In this document: one piece after another, positions 21,843 through 32,788 of the stretch
Numbering within the stretch: position 1 is the stretch's first letter
Layout of the letters: each line of letters begins with the position of its first letter
Assembly: GCA_013265495.1 (NCBI GenBank)
Contig: MU060042.1
Span: forward strand, 5,948,258-6,012,257
DNA length: 64,000 nt
Reading direction: 5' to 3'
Source of the DNA: Vicugna vicugna
Taxonomy: Eukaryota
Position numbers and translations under genes: made by a program
Notes under the pieces: model-generated
Database searches by the model: none
Told to the model about the DNA's origin: nothing
The model's input: only the letters and a program-made list of their open reading frames with translations

Positions 21843-24800
21843 CGAGCCTCAGAGGCTGGCATCTTGCAGCAGAGTGTGTCTGAGGCGGAGCCGTCTTCTC
21901 ACACCCGCTTTGGTCCAACTACTCAGGGCCCGACTGGCAGACGCAGACTGAAGTCTAGTGAAGGAGAAATTCAACCCGTGGGGGTGGGGCAGCCCCCCCA
22001 GGGTTTTCTCTGGAATCGACTTTTAGGAAGGAGCCCAGGTGAGACGGTTGTACCACGAGCGGCCTAGCGTCTGTGAATATTTAGTGCTAGAAATTACGTT
22101 TGAGGGCCTTCCTCTTAATTACTGTCCCAGGACGAGATCGGGCAAGGAGAGCCAAGCCACCGTGGTCACGTGTCGGGCCGCTGTGGGGGGTGGGGGGCCG
22201 AGGGGAGGGGGCTGCGCTGTTTGCTGCTTCTGGTGTGAAAGCCCCTTGCTTTCACAACGTCAAACTTAGAATCCCCTTTATACGCACTTTGCGTTTTTTT
22301 TCCACAGTAGCCGTTGCCAGCAAGCTGTAAACTACCGCATATCACTCAGATTTAAGAACCCAAACTTTAAAACAAATTAAACTCTTGTTGACGTTGTAAT
22401 AAAAATCAGAATGGAACCGGGCTGCTCAGCAGACGCAAACTTCAATTATTTTTGTGGATTTAAGATTGTTTTTTGGGATTCCCAGCCTCCCAGCACAGCA
22501 GACATGCTCCCTCGGGCAGCGGGCTGGAGAGAGAGGTGCTGGCGGACGGACGGGCGAGGTGGCAGCCGCCGGGCTGAGCTGGGTCCGCCACCTGAGTGTT
22601 TGCTCTGGCGTCAGCAGGGGCGTCTGCGGCCACCCTTGGAAAAGCTCATAGTGCGGGAGGCAGGGGGTGGGGTGCAGGCGCTTCTTAGTGCATTTTAACT
22701 TAAGAAAAGTGTGCGAATGATGTTTGTCGAGGTCTGCTGTTACTTGGTGTTTAGCCAGAGGAGGAAGCACCGAGAGCAGGTCCAGTTGTCGCTCGGACCT
22801 TGGTCCGCACGGGCTGGGAAGCGCCCTCTCCCCACTGCCCCAGCCCCGGCAGGCCTCATCACCACGCCACCGGCCCTGGCACTTTTTTCACAGTCTCGTC
22901 ACTTGTTGAGATGGAAACGGTGGTTTCCACTGGATTAAATGCCAGCTTTCCATCCCACGTGCAGCTTCCTGCTATGATGGTGCGGAATCCAGGGGTAGCA
23001 GGGAAAGGTGGGGGTGGAAACTGGTGATGGATGCTGGGTCCCTCAGGTGAGCTGTGACCTGGGCGCCCGAGCTGCGTCTCCCCAGAGCCTGCCCTTCCCT
23101 CGCTGGCGGCTTCCTCTTCTGCCCCGCTTCCTGTTTCTACTTTCAAGGCCAGGCTGGCTGCGGGGCTCACGACCTCTGGCTCAGAAATGTGCTGTGCCCA
23201 CCGGCCACCACCGAGGGGCCGAGCTCGCTGACTGCCACCATGCTAAGTCCCTGGAGCGGGTGCTGGGGTCACCCGACCACCTGTGTTGGGGCGGGCACTG
23301 ACGTGGCTTCTGCCTGCCCCAAGGGACAGAGGACACAGCGAGGGGAGCTGGGCCTGCCGGGCTGTGAGCCTCGCTCAGCGGACGGCGTCCAGCACTTACC
23401 AGGTGGTGGGAAGATGAGACCCCCCCCAGCGACTTTCCTTCCCAGGGCCCTTCCTTGCTCCTGCTGGTTAGAGGAACACAGGATTCACACGCCCACGCGC
23501 ACCCCAGCGGCTGTGGCCCTGTCCACCCCCCCGGGGGGGGAGGGAATTTTTTTAAGCCGTCTGATCACTGCTTATATCCATGCTATCTGCTGGACTGGGG
23601 CCTGCTGAACTCACAGTGCTTTGCCGGGATGTGTCATGCTCTGGTGCAGGGAGCTTGTGGGCCAGGTTCGCAGTGATCGGGGGCAGGTGCAGGGCTCTGG
23701 CCCCGCTCCTGACCTGAGGGCCCCATCCCAGCATCCAGGGACATCAGGCCTGGTGACGGGATCCGGCCACCAGCTTATCCCTAAGCCCCGCCCACCCCCC
23801 CGGGAAGCGCCCACACAGTCACAGAGGTGACTGCGCGTGGCCCCACGTTAGGTCTCGCTGGGCTTCAGTCCGAATGAACGTTGACTGGGAACAAATACCC
23901 TGAACAGCTTGCTTTTCACTTACTGGCTGTTTTGGGGATGCGTTTCAAGGCTTCTTCAGAAATCAAATTTAGATACACAAGTGGAATGAACGCTAAGTTT
24001 CCAAATGGACAGCTCAGCCCCACGGGAAGGAAGAGGTTCAACAGGCAAGACGACTTGCAGACGGCTAGCCGGAGCTTCACCGTGGGTGCTCGGGGGCTTG
24101 TGCGGTCCCCGCGTCTCGCGGAAACTCTGGGAAGGGGTTAATTCGACCTTCGAAGGAGGACGTAAACCAGGCAGTACTTGCAGGACTGTCAAGATGCGTG
24201 GGGAGACCAGCCCGGAGCCCTGGCCCCCGGGAACTAGAGCGAGGTGGGAGAGGGCAGCGCACAGCTGAACGGCATTCCCAGCTTCAGCGGCAGTCCAGGT
24301 GGCACCACGGCGCCCGGGGAGGCTCCTGATCAGGGAATTCCGGAGGCCAGGGGGTGTGGTGCTCCTGCCCTGAACTTGAGGGCTTTTGAGGTCGTTTCAG
24401 GATGTCTCAGAGGAATAAGGACAGGGAGCCAAGCCTTGGAAGCTGTCTGCCCTGTGTCCTGGCCGGCGTCGCTGGTGCAGGCGGGAGGTGCAGTGTTAGA
24501 CGGCGCGAGGCCCCTGTGGGGCACATTTCCAGCGCCAGGCTCTACTTCTGTTGAGTTCAGGACCCTCCATCAATGGAGCTTCCTCCGGAAACCAGCTTGT
24601 AAGACGCTTCCCCCAGGGACGCGCACTGGCCCCACTGTGGTCCCCAGCTCAGGGCCCCGGCGTCCTTTCCACGTGCGAGAACACGCAGGTGACTGATCCG
24701 GCCTGTCTCTCGGGGACTGTTGGAGACGGCTGTTGCGTGGCTCTGGCTGAGAAGTGGTTTCTGGGACTGGTGGTTCATTTTGGTAATCACCAGGGGCACG

Positions 24801-27800
24801 CCGTTATTACATAAAGTCAATTAGACTGCGCACAGACTCCGGCCCTGTTGATTTGATTTAGAGGTAGCGAAAGCTCCAGTAATGTGCAATTACAGGGAAC
24901 TTAATGGGCCTTTGTACTGAAGGCCACGTCCAAGGCACCTAATATACTTTGATGAATTGCTCATTATGTGCAGTGTTGGAATAACTTCTATAAAGATTAA
25001 TAATTGGATAATCAATACAAAAATTCAACCCTGGTTTTTTTCCTGCCGCGGGGTCGATATGTCCCAGGGGTTCTGGGGCCCGTCGCGTTTGCCCGACTTC
25101 TCTGACTTCTGCCTGTTGTTTTCGAAATTGGGGGGTTTGAGAGTAGCTTACCAGCGTGGTGTGTTGCACACTTTTTTCCTCATGCCTCCTGTGACTTTTC
25201 TGCTCAGATCTTCACAGAATGAACAGGTTCTGCTATTGGCTCTTGTTGTCGACACTCAGAGGTGGTTTTGCCCTCAAGTGGGGAGGGAGCAGACAACACC
25301 CTTGAAGGACCTGTGGACACGCACGAGGCACCAGGTGGCCTGTCCTCCGGGGCCAGGAGAAGGGCTGGGACGGAGCTGGAGGGGGGTGGAGGGGGGCTGA
25401 GGAGAGGGGCCGCCCCGGGGGCGTGTGGGCTCTTGAGACCCTGCGTGCCCCGGGCCTCCACCCTGGAGACACGGGCTCTGCTGTGGGATGGGTTGCATCA
25501 GTGGGCTAAGACTAGTGGCGTTGGAGCAGGGGGAGGGGCTCAGCTGTGTCCGGGACCCATGTGCTGATTCAGGATCTGACTGAGGGGGAGACGAGGCAGA
25601 GGTGGCCGGGTGGCTGGGTGCAGAGCCCGGGAGGAGGTCTGAGCCCTGCTGTCCTGGGACAGCTGTGACTGCCTCCGTCGGCACACAGGACGGTGTGGAG
25701 AGACGCAGCCCCAGCCGAGGCGGGAGGGGGGCCAGGTGCCCGACAGCCTGCTGCAGGTGTGGGGGCGCAGGGAGGGTGCACGCCACCTGGGTTCCGCAGC
25801 TACAGTTTGGACCCTTGTTGAAGGTGGACTGGAGGCACCGCACTGTGAAACAGGCCGAGGTGCTCGCCTGCAGTGACCCTGTGCCCCCACGCCAGGCTCA
25901 CCCCACGAGCCACGTCTGGCCCCTTCCTAGTTAATCCTGCCAAGAGCCACACCCAACACAAACCAGAACAAACACCCGCACGCCACGCACCCCGACACCC
26001 ACAGGTTTCGCCTGTGCTCTCAACAGCCCACCAAGGGCACACGGCTTCGGGAGGGAGCAGGGTCCACAAGCCCGGCAGCCGGGGTGTTGCAGTGACGCCC
26101 GGAGAGAGGCCAGGCCCCGGCTCCTTTCTGATCCACTCGGACCCTCTTGGGCCCCAGACTCGGAGCAGGAACGTTCGGCCTCATGATCCCCCTCCATTGC
26201 CCCGCAGAGAAGGAACAGCCCCTTGGTTGGTGTCTCGGGACCTGGGGTCCCCTGACCTCATGGGAAGGACCCGTGTCCCAAGGCAGAGGGGCAGGAAGGC
26301 CAGCCTGCAGACCCACATGTCTCCTTGTCCAGGTCCATGTACTGTATTTTATTTCTTAATTAAAGGGGGCTTTGAGGCTTTTTAATTTTTCCCGTTCCGT
26401 TAATCGTTTGACTAGGAATTTCATAACTGGGGAGAATGTGTTTTCTAATGGCACAGAGCGAGCCCTGGAAATGCTTGGTGGTGGTTTAATGATCCCAGCG
26501 AGGAAGCGGAATGCGCTTGGCGCTGATAAAATAATGCCCCAGGAATATGGGAGGCATACGCCCCGCGACACATCGGTGGGGGCACGTGGACTGGCCGCGG
26601 CCCCTCCCAGGCACGCGGCTGGCCCATTCCCCGCGGACGCTGGAGTTTCCACACGGGGGTTTGCATTATTGGGAGTGTTCAGGCTAAATAAGGAAGCAGC
26701 CACCGAGGTAGGACAATTATTCCGTTTTAATGGCTGGCAGTCCCACGTAACAATGGTGCCCGTCAGTGCAGCCCCACACCCAGCTGGCAGGGAAATGTTT
26801 TATTAAAACCGTGACTTGTTGTCATGCAGGCCCTGCACTGTCCCACTCTCTCCTTCCCAAAATAGCAGGCCCCGTGGCAGTGCCTTATTATGATTAAAAA
26901 GATAAAAATAAGTGAAGGCTGAAATAGGTCCAGGACACCCGAGGTAACACGAGAACTTACTTTGTGATGAAACTAGAGAAACTGTTTTATTTTCCACTGC
27001 TTCACAAAGCAGCTCTAAAAAAAATCAGAAAAGTAAAAACAGGTTTTAGTGATGTTGCAACTCTGCATTTTCAGAATTACAGTGGCTGCGATGCACTCGT
27101 GGCTGAATGGCCCGTTCTCAGCCCAGAGCCTCACAGCAGCAGCACGCCCACGTGGGAGGTGCTGGGGGCTGCAGGTGGACCAGGGAGACCACGCTGGACA
27201 GAGCCCACCCCCCCTGGGGGACCGCTGGCCGGTGCCAACCTGGCAGGAGGAAGTACAGGCGGTAGACGTTCTAAGAGGTCAGCTCCTCTCACGACACTGA
27301 AGCGCCCACGTGAGAGCCGCCACCCCACTCCTCTGCCTGCATGGGGCGGGGAGGACACTCCCCTCCCCCTCTGTCCCAGTCTCTGAGGTGTGGCTTTAAT
27401 TGTGGCTCCGCTCACATCTGCTGACACCTCAAGCGAGTACGTGTGAGCCTGAGTGTCCGCAGAAAAGGTGGGCGCTGCGTGTTCATCAAAACCTGCGCCC
27501 GCCCCGGGAAGGTCCCCACGGTGACAGCCTTTGCCTTCTCAGGGTTTGCAGCTGCCATCCACGGGCCTCCTTATCCGGGAGTCAGTGGGTTTGCAGGGGT
27601 AGCAGCGCAGCCTGGCGGCACCTTAGCAGTCAGTTCTTCAAGAATAGGCTTGGCCTCAGACCTTCTGGTGCTGCTTCTGTCCCTAAACTACTGCCCTGGA
27701 ATCCAAGCTGACGACACTAACTTTAGCCAAAGGTGTATTTTCTGGGGAAGTCAGTTGTAGGAGTGGGAAAGAACGTCCTTCCTGTTTTGTTCTGCTCTTC

Positions 27801-30800
27801 AAAAAGCTGCTTTGGCCTCCCTTAAAAATAGAGCCGTTCTTGACGGCTGGTCCTGTGTAAGAGCACGCGTTTTCCTGCCCCTCAGAGAAGGACGGAGTAG
27901 CTGGTGCAGCGGCTTTCGTGCCGCGTGCTTGTGGACGTGCAGTGTGTAGCTCGGTCCTGAGCTGCGACGTGGCGCGGCGTGGGGTGTCGTGCAGGAGTCG
28001 GGCGGGGACGCGGTTCCGCCTGGGCCCTGGGGGGCCGTCAGGGCCTTCTGTGCTCCTGCTGCTGTGTAAGGGACAATGACGGCCTTAAAGAGCTGTCCTC
28101 GTCGTGAAGAAGCAGCATCGAAGCACGCCGTAAATCAGAAACGGAAAAGGCGACTGTCCCTGCTGGGCTGCCTGGCTTGCTAAGCAGCAGTAGACAAGCT
28201 TGGTTGTTTTTTAAAAACTCACGGTACAGTTGGATTCCTTATTGGAACTAACGTAACCATTGAGAAGGCGGAAGATGCTTCAAAGTGTTGTGTGTACTTT
28301 GTGTAATTGAGTGTGTGGTTTGTGTGATTAAGCTAACATGATGAGCGGTATCAACAAATGTGGTTTTTTACATTGACATGAAAGTGGTGTCTGCAGAACT
28401 GGTGCTCATCTGAGTGGATCCGGCTTTTCCCAAAGCAAGGGTTAAGCAGCGAGGCTGGGCTAGCGCTGCTGGGCCAGGGCTCTTCCTCTCTAAGCCGAGG
28501 TCCCGGCCCGAGACACGGGGATGGTGTCTGTGGGGACCACCCGGACGGTTCTCACTCCTGCCCCTCCTGGCCCTTCCTCCCCAGCCGGCTCGCAGGCCCC
28601 ACGGCTCTGATGGGGTCCCGACCGGGAACGGGGGCAGAGCCTGCCACACCGTCCCGCTTCCCCCATTGTTTGTCCGACCATCACCTGCGAGAGATCAGCA
28701 ACGTTGTCGATTCTCTGAGACAGAAGCGGACAGACGCAGCTGATGTGTGTGCATCAGCTTGAGAAGCCTGCACAGGTCCTGGTTCTGATCTGGTTCTGAT
28801 GACACAGGGATGCCCACGTTGTCAGAAAGACGGAAACTGAAAGAGCTGAGGCGGCCCTGTCCCGCGTCCCGTTTGTGCTTTGTGAGGGAGCCCAGAGTTG
28901 CCTTCACTGCGGGCCGGGGTGACTTCCGCGCCCACGGGAGGCTGAAAGTCCGCCGGAAAGTGCCAGAGCTCTCCTCGCCCCTCTGCAGATGCGGGACCGC
29001 ACGCCAGCTCGGAGGACACTAGCAGGAGGAGGTGGAGAGGCCGGCAGGGTCGCCGGGGCAGGGAGGGGGCTCTGGCGCAGGCTTCCGTTCGCCTGCTGTG
29101 TGAGGATGCACGTCTCCTGCCCTCTCTGGTCCGGTCCAAAGTGAGAGTAGTCGCCCCTCCCCCTCCCAGAGGGCTGGGCAGGAGCTGAGGTCTGCGCCTC
29201 GTCTCCCCAGCACACGCAGCTGCGCGGGAGGAGTTTGTCTGCGTTACAGGTGCCTGGGAGTCCTGGCCACCGCAGGACGGGACCTGAGTCAGTCCTCCCG
29301 AGTGAGACCCGCAGCCCAGCGGGCACGGGGCGTTGCCGCGAGGACGACCCAGCTGCCTCTGTTGGCACTTGGTCCAGCGGCTCCTCCTCCAGACGGCGTG
29401 TTCGGGGCGAGGACCCTGCATCAGGCGTCCTAAAGAGAGGTTTCTCACACGTCTGAGCGGTGGTTTGAGTGGTGCGGCGTGGACATGGTGGGGTTCAGTC
29501 TGAGACAGAGGGAGGCTCGTAGGACGCTCGGCGCCAAGACTGCTCGCAGCCCAAAGGTGGCCTTGCCGACCGGCGCTGCCCTGGAAAGCAGGCTCCACCT
29601 GGCTGTGTTCTGTGGCTGTCATCCCTCAGGGGCGCTTTCCCCCAGGTTCATATTTCAGCTCCGACCCCTATCGTCCTGTACTTCCTGGGGCCTCGGGGAC
29701 GGGCGATGTCAGGACCCTGGGTTTTCCTTCATAGTCATTCTTTCCTCACGCAGCTTAAAGTGACTCTATTATCACTGCGTCCAAAGGCCCTATTTAAAGT
29801 CAGACACAGAAGCCACACTATCACCTTCACCTAGAGTAGGAAGCGGGGCAGCTGGTGATAAGGTCCTGGGACTGATAAGGCCGTGACACTGGCAGGAGAC
29901 GCCGCCTCCGGGCAGGGTGGGTGGGGCGTGTGGGCAGCTGCCACACGGAGGTCACACTGAGTAAGAACTCTCCAGGTCTGTCAGGCCTGGAGCAGACGCT
30001 CAAAGCTTCCGTGGACTTCCCGTGGGGAACAGGGCAGATCAGCAGGCCCTACTCCTGGGGCTTCAGGGCGACGTTCCTGGGACAGCGGCCGGAGGCCCCT
30101 CCAGGGTGGGCACCGCCCTGTGGGCTCTGGACTCGTGTCCCGCGTGTTGGAGCCGAGGCCGTGCTGGGGCTGGCAGCGCGCCGTCCTCCCCGCGCGGTAG
30201 AAACAGTGACGGTGCAGACTGTGGGCTCTTTGCTCGCCTGCATCATCTCCTCCCTTTAAATTTTTTTCCTAAAGCACATTAAAGCTGGTATAGGAAAAGT
30301 TTTGGTTTTGTTTTGTTTTTAACTCAAACAGAATGCCGTGTTTGTATGTGTGTTGGGGGGTGGTTTGCTGTACACAGTAAAGGAGAGGCGTGGCTTCCTC
30401 AGCCTCCCCTGCCACAGGGACCCCGTGTCCTGTGTGGCCATGCAGACCAGGATGGTGAGGGTGGACCCTTGCGTCCATCCCCCTTGGCGCCGGCCTTTCC
30501 TGACTTTCCTAGTAAGCATCAAGGAAGAACTGTTGCTGCCCGCCCTGCAGGTCGGCGCAGGGAGCGGTCTGCAGGGCTGGGGGCGTGCAGGTGGCAGGGC
30601 CGGCCCCGCAGGTCACCCGGCCCCGGCCCGGCCTCCTTGCCGGCTGCCCCGGGGCACTGGCTGAGTCCCGTGGTCTGTCCGTCCACAGGGTCCATGGTCA
30701 GGCCGCCTGTGGTACTTCCTCACATGAGAATAACACGTGCAAGGAGCCGTGAGGCCGTGTGAGAGGTGGGCACGTCAGTTCCTTCAGTCCTTAAAATTTG

Positions 30801-31519
30801 ATTTGAGATCCTTAGTTGCGTCTGGAAGCCAAGAATTCAGACACGGGAGGACCGTGGCTTAAAGGCTGGCCCGCGAAGGGGGGAGCACCTTAAACCTATG
30901 CAGACGCCCACCGCTCCTTTCAGGCCTGCCCTGTCCTCAGCACGGCCACACGGCCCCGCGTGGAGCCTGAGGCGTGAGCTGGGGCGTCTCCCGCAGCACG
31001 AGGCTCTGAGGTCGGCTTTCCCCGAGCGCTGGGCGACGAAGAAAGTCACGTGTGAAACAGCGCTTTACTTAAACAGCGCTTCGCCTTGCTGGTTGGTGCC
31101 GGCTCGCCTGTGAGCAGCGCAGGGTCTTTACGTGGTGTCCGGAAGGACGCTGGCCCTGCGCTCCGACATGACGCGAGCACAGGCGGGAACTGTGCCTGCA
31201 CCTGTACGTGTTAGCTCCTGTGCTTTACAGAGTGCTTCCTTTCGCTCAATTCCAGATATAAATGTAGAGGTGGATCTGTGTGTGTGTGGGGGGCACAGAT
31301 CCCAGATTGAAACAGCAATTCTAACTGCCACATGAGTTTTAGGGAAAAAACAAGTTTCCACCTTAGGAGCGTTTTAGAGAAAAATTAAATATAAGGGAAA
31401 AACCCTTCTTGTTAAGTTAAATTGTGGTGTAACAGCTCCCCACATCCTGTTGTGGGGACGTCTGACGCTCAGCAAAGCGAAGGTTCCTCTTTCAGGTCTC
31501 TGACGATCCCGGGGGGTCA

Positions 31520-31770
31520 CATGTTACCTGCAGTTCAAAATACTCCTGCAGAGAAAAACCTCTGTGTCGGTGGAAAAGCTGAATAAGGAGGTGGAAATTA
31601 TCAGCGGAGAAAAGACACTGTGGGAAACCGTAGGTGGTGTCGGCACAACCATATCAGAGAGGAGCCACCCCCGAAGTAACCGCACGGAGCCCGGGGGCAA
31701 CGGGGCCTGATACGGACCCGAAACCGTGACCTCACGGAGGGGAGATAGGAAGTCGTGGCCTGGAGGGGAG
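31520..31770 (+). mobile_element. Probable degraded L1 ORF1 fragment
   Basis: ggaaattatcagcggagaaaagacactgtgggaaacc and gacctcacggaggggagataggaagtc resemble L1M ORF1 consensus segments (recalled). Confidence 0.4.
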
Positions 31771-32122
31771 CGGGGCCTCGGGACCCTGTGCTCTCGTTCT
31801 CAGCCGCCCGCAGGGACCACCTGACCCTGGTCAGCCCTCCCCAGATGTCTCCTTTCCTCACCCATCCAAGTGGGAATCGGCATGGCGTCCGTCCCCCAGA
31901 GCTCCTGCCAGACTGTGTCTGTGCAGAAGAGGGCAGCCCTGGGCGCCCACCCTCGGCTGTGTGGGCGGTGGGGTGGGGCCTCCCCCGCCTTCACTCTCTG
32001 TCCACTCTGCCTGCCCTGCTCAGTCCCCTGGGGCACTCAGGGGAGATCCAGGACATTTGTGCATGTGTGGTGATTCTTGAGTGTGTTCCTAAGATGAATG
32101 AAACAGAGACCCCAGCCTGACG

Positions 32123-32788
32123 CGGGGTAGGGGGAGATTTCCTGGCTCGGACCACGTGGGACTGGAGGGCCCAGCACCTCCAGCCCCAGGTTATCAGGGA
32201 GGCAGGGCCCGTCCTCGGCAGAGACCACCAGCCCTCAGTGATGGGCCGGGGGGTCTCGCTCCCCAGGGGATCCTGACGGCCCCCGACGGGACAGATGCCG
32301 GGCCGGGCACCACCCACGGAGGAGCCGTGTCACGGCCTCCTGTCTGCGCCTGGACGGCTCCCACCACGCTGAGCGATTGCCCCACGCGCACCAGCGCGGG
32401 CGCCCCCTCCAGGGCCCAGGTGCCCCCGTGGGCCGCGAGGGGAAGCCCACAGCCACTGCTGCTTCTGCTTTTCTCTCATCAAACAGAAGTTCTTCTTCCT
32501 GTGGTCTGTTCGACCCTGAGTAACAAGCGGCTCACAGCTCCCTTGCTTACTGCCTTATGACCCTCAGGCCCCCCTCCTAGTCCCCTGTGTTATGACCCTC
32601 GGGCGCCCCTCAGACATTCTGCAACTGCCCATTGCTGACTTTCCAGAATCAGGCTTTGGGTCTGGGACTTATGTTGTTCTGAAAATGGGCTGAGGCCAGC
32701 CCAGACGCGCGGTGTGGGGCACGGTATGACTGAAAGAGGGACCTCTCCTTCAGGTGGGACCCCATCCAGGAAATCTCCCCCTACCCCG
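32123..32788. repeat. Perfect 23-bp inverted repeat with a 620-bp spacer, in L2-like context
   Basis: CGGGGTAGGGGGAGATTTCCTGG (32123-32145) is the exact reverse complement of CCAGGAAATCTCCCCCTACCCCG (32766-32788). Confidence 0.95.

Noticed and set aside
22027-22038. 12-nt micro-exon candidate (tttTAG|gaaggagcccag|GTGAGA)
   Set aside because: Interrupted pyrimidine tract and no other support; such pairs are expected by chance in a 25-kb intron.
31560-31640. Cluster of TGGAAA/GGGAAA NFAT-like cores
   Set aside because: Lies in a probable purine-rich L1 ORF1 remnant, where such words are expected.
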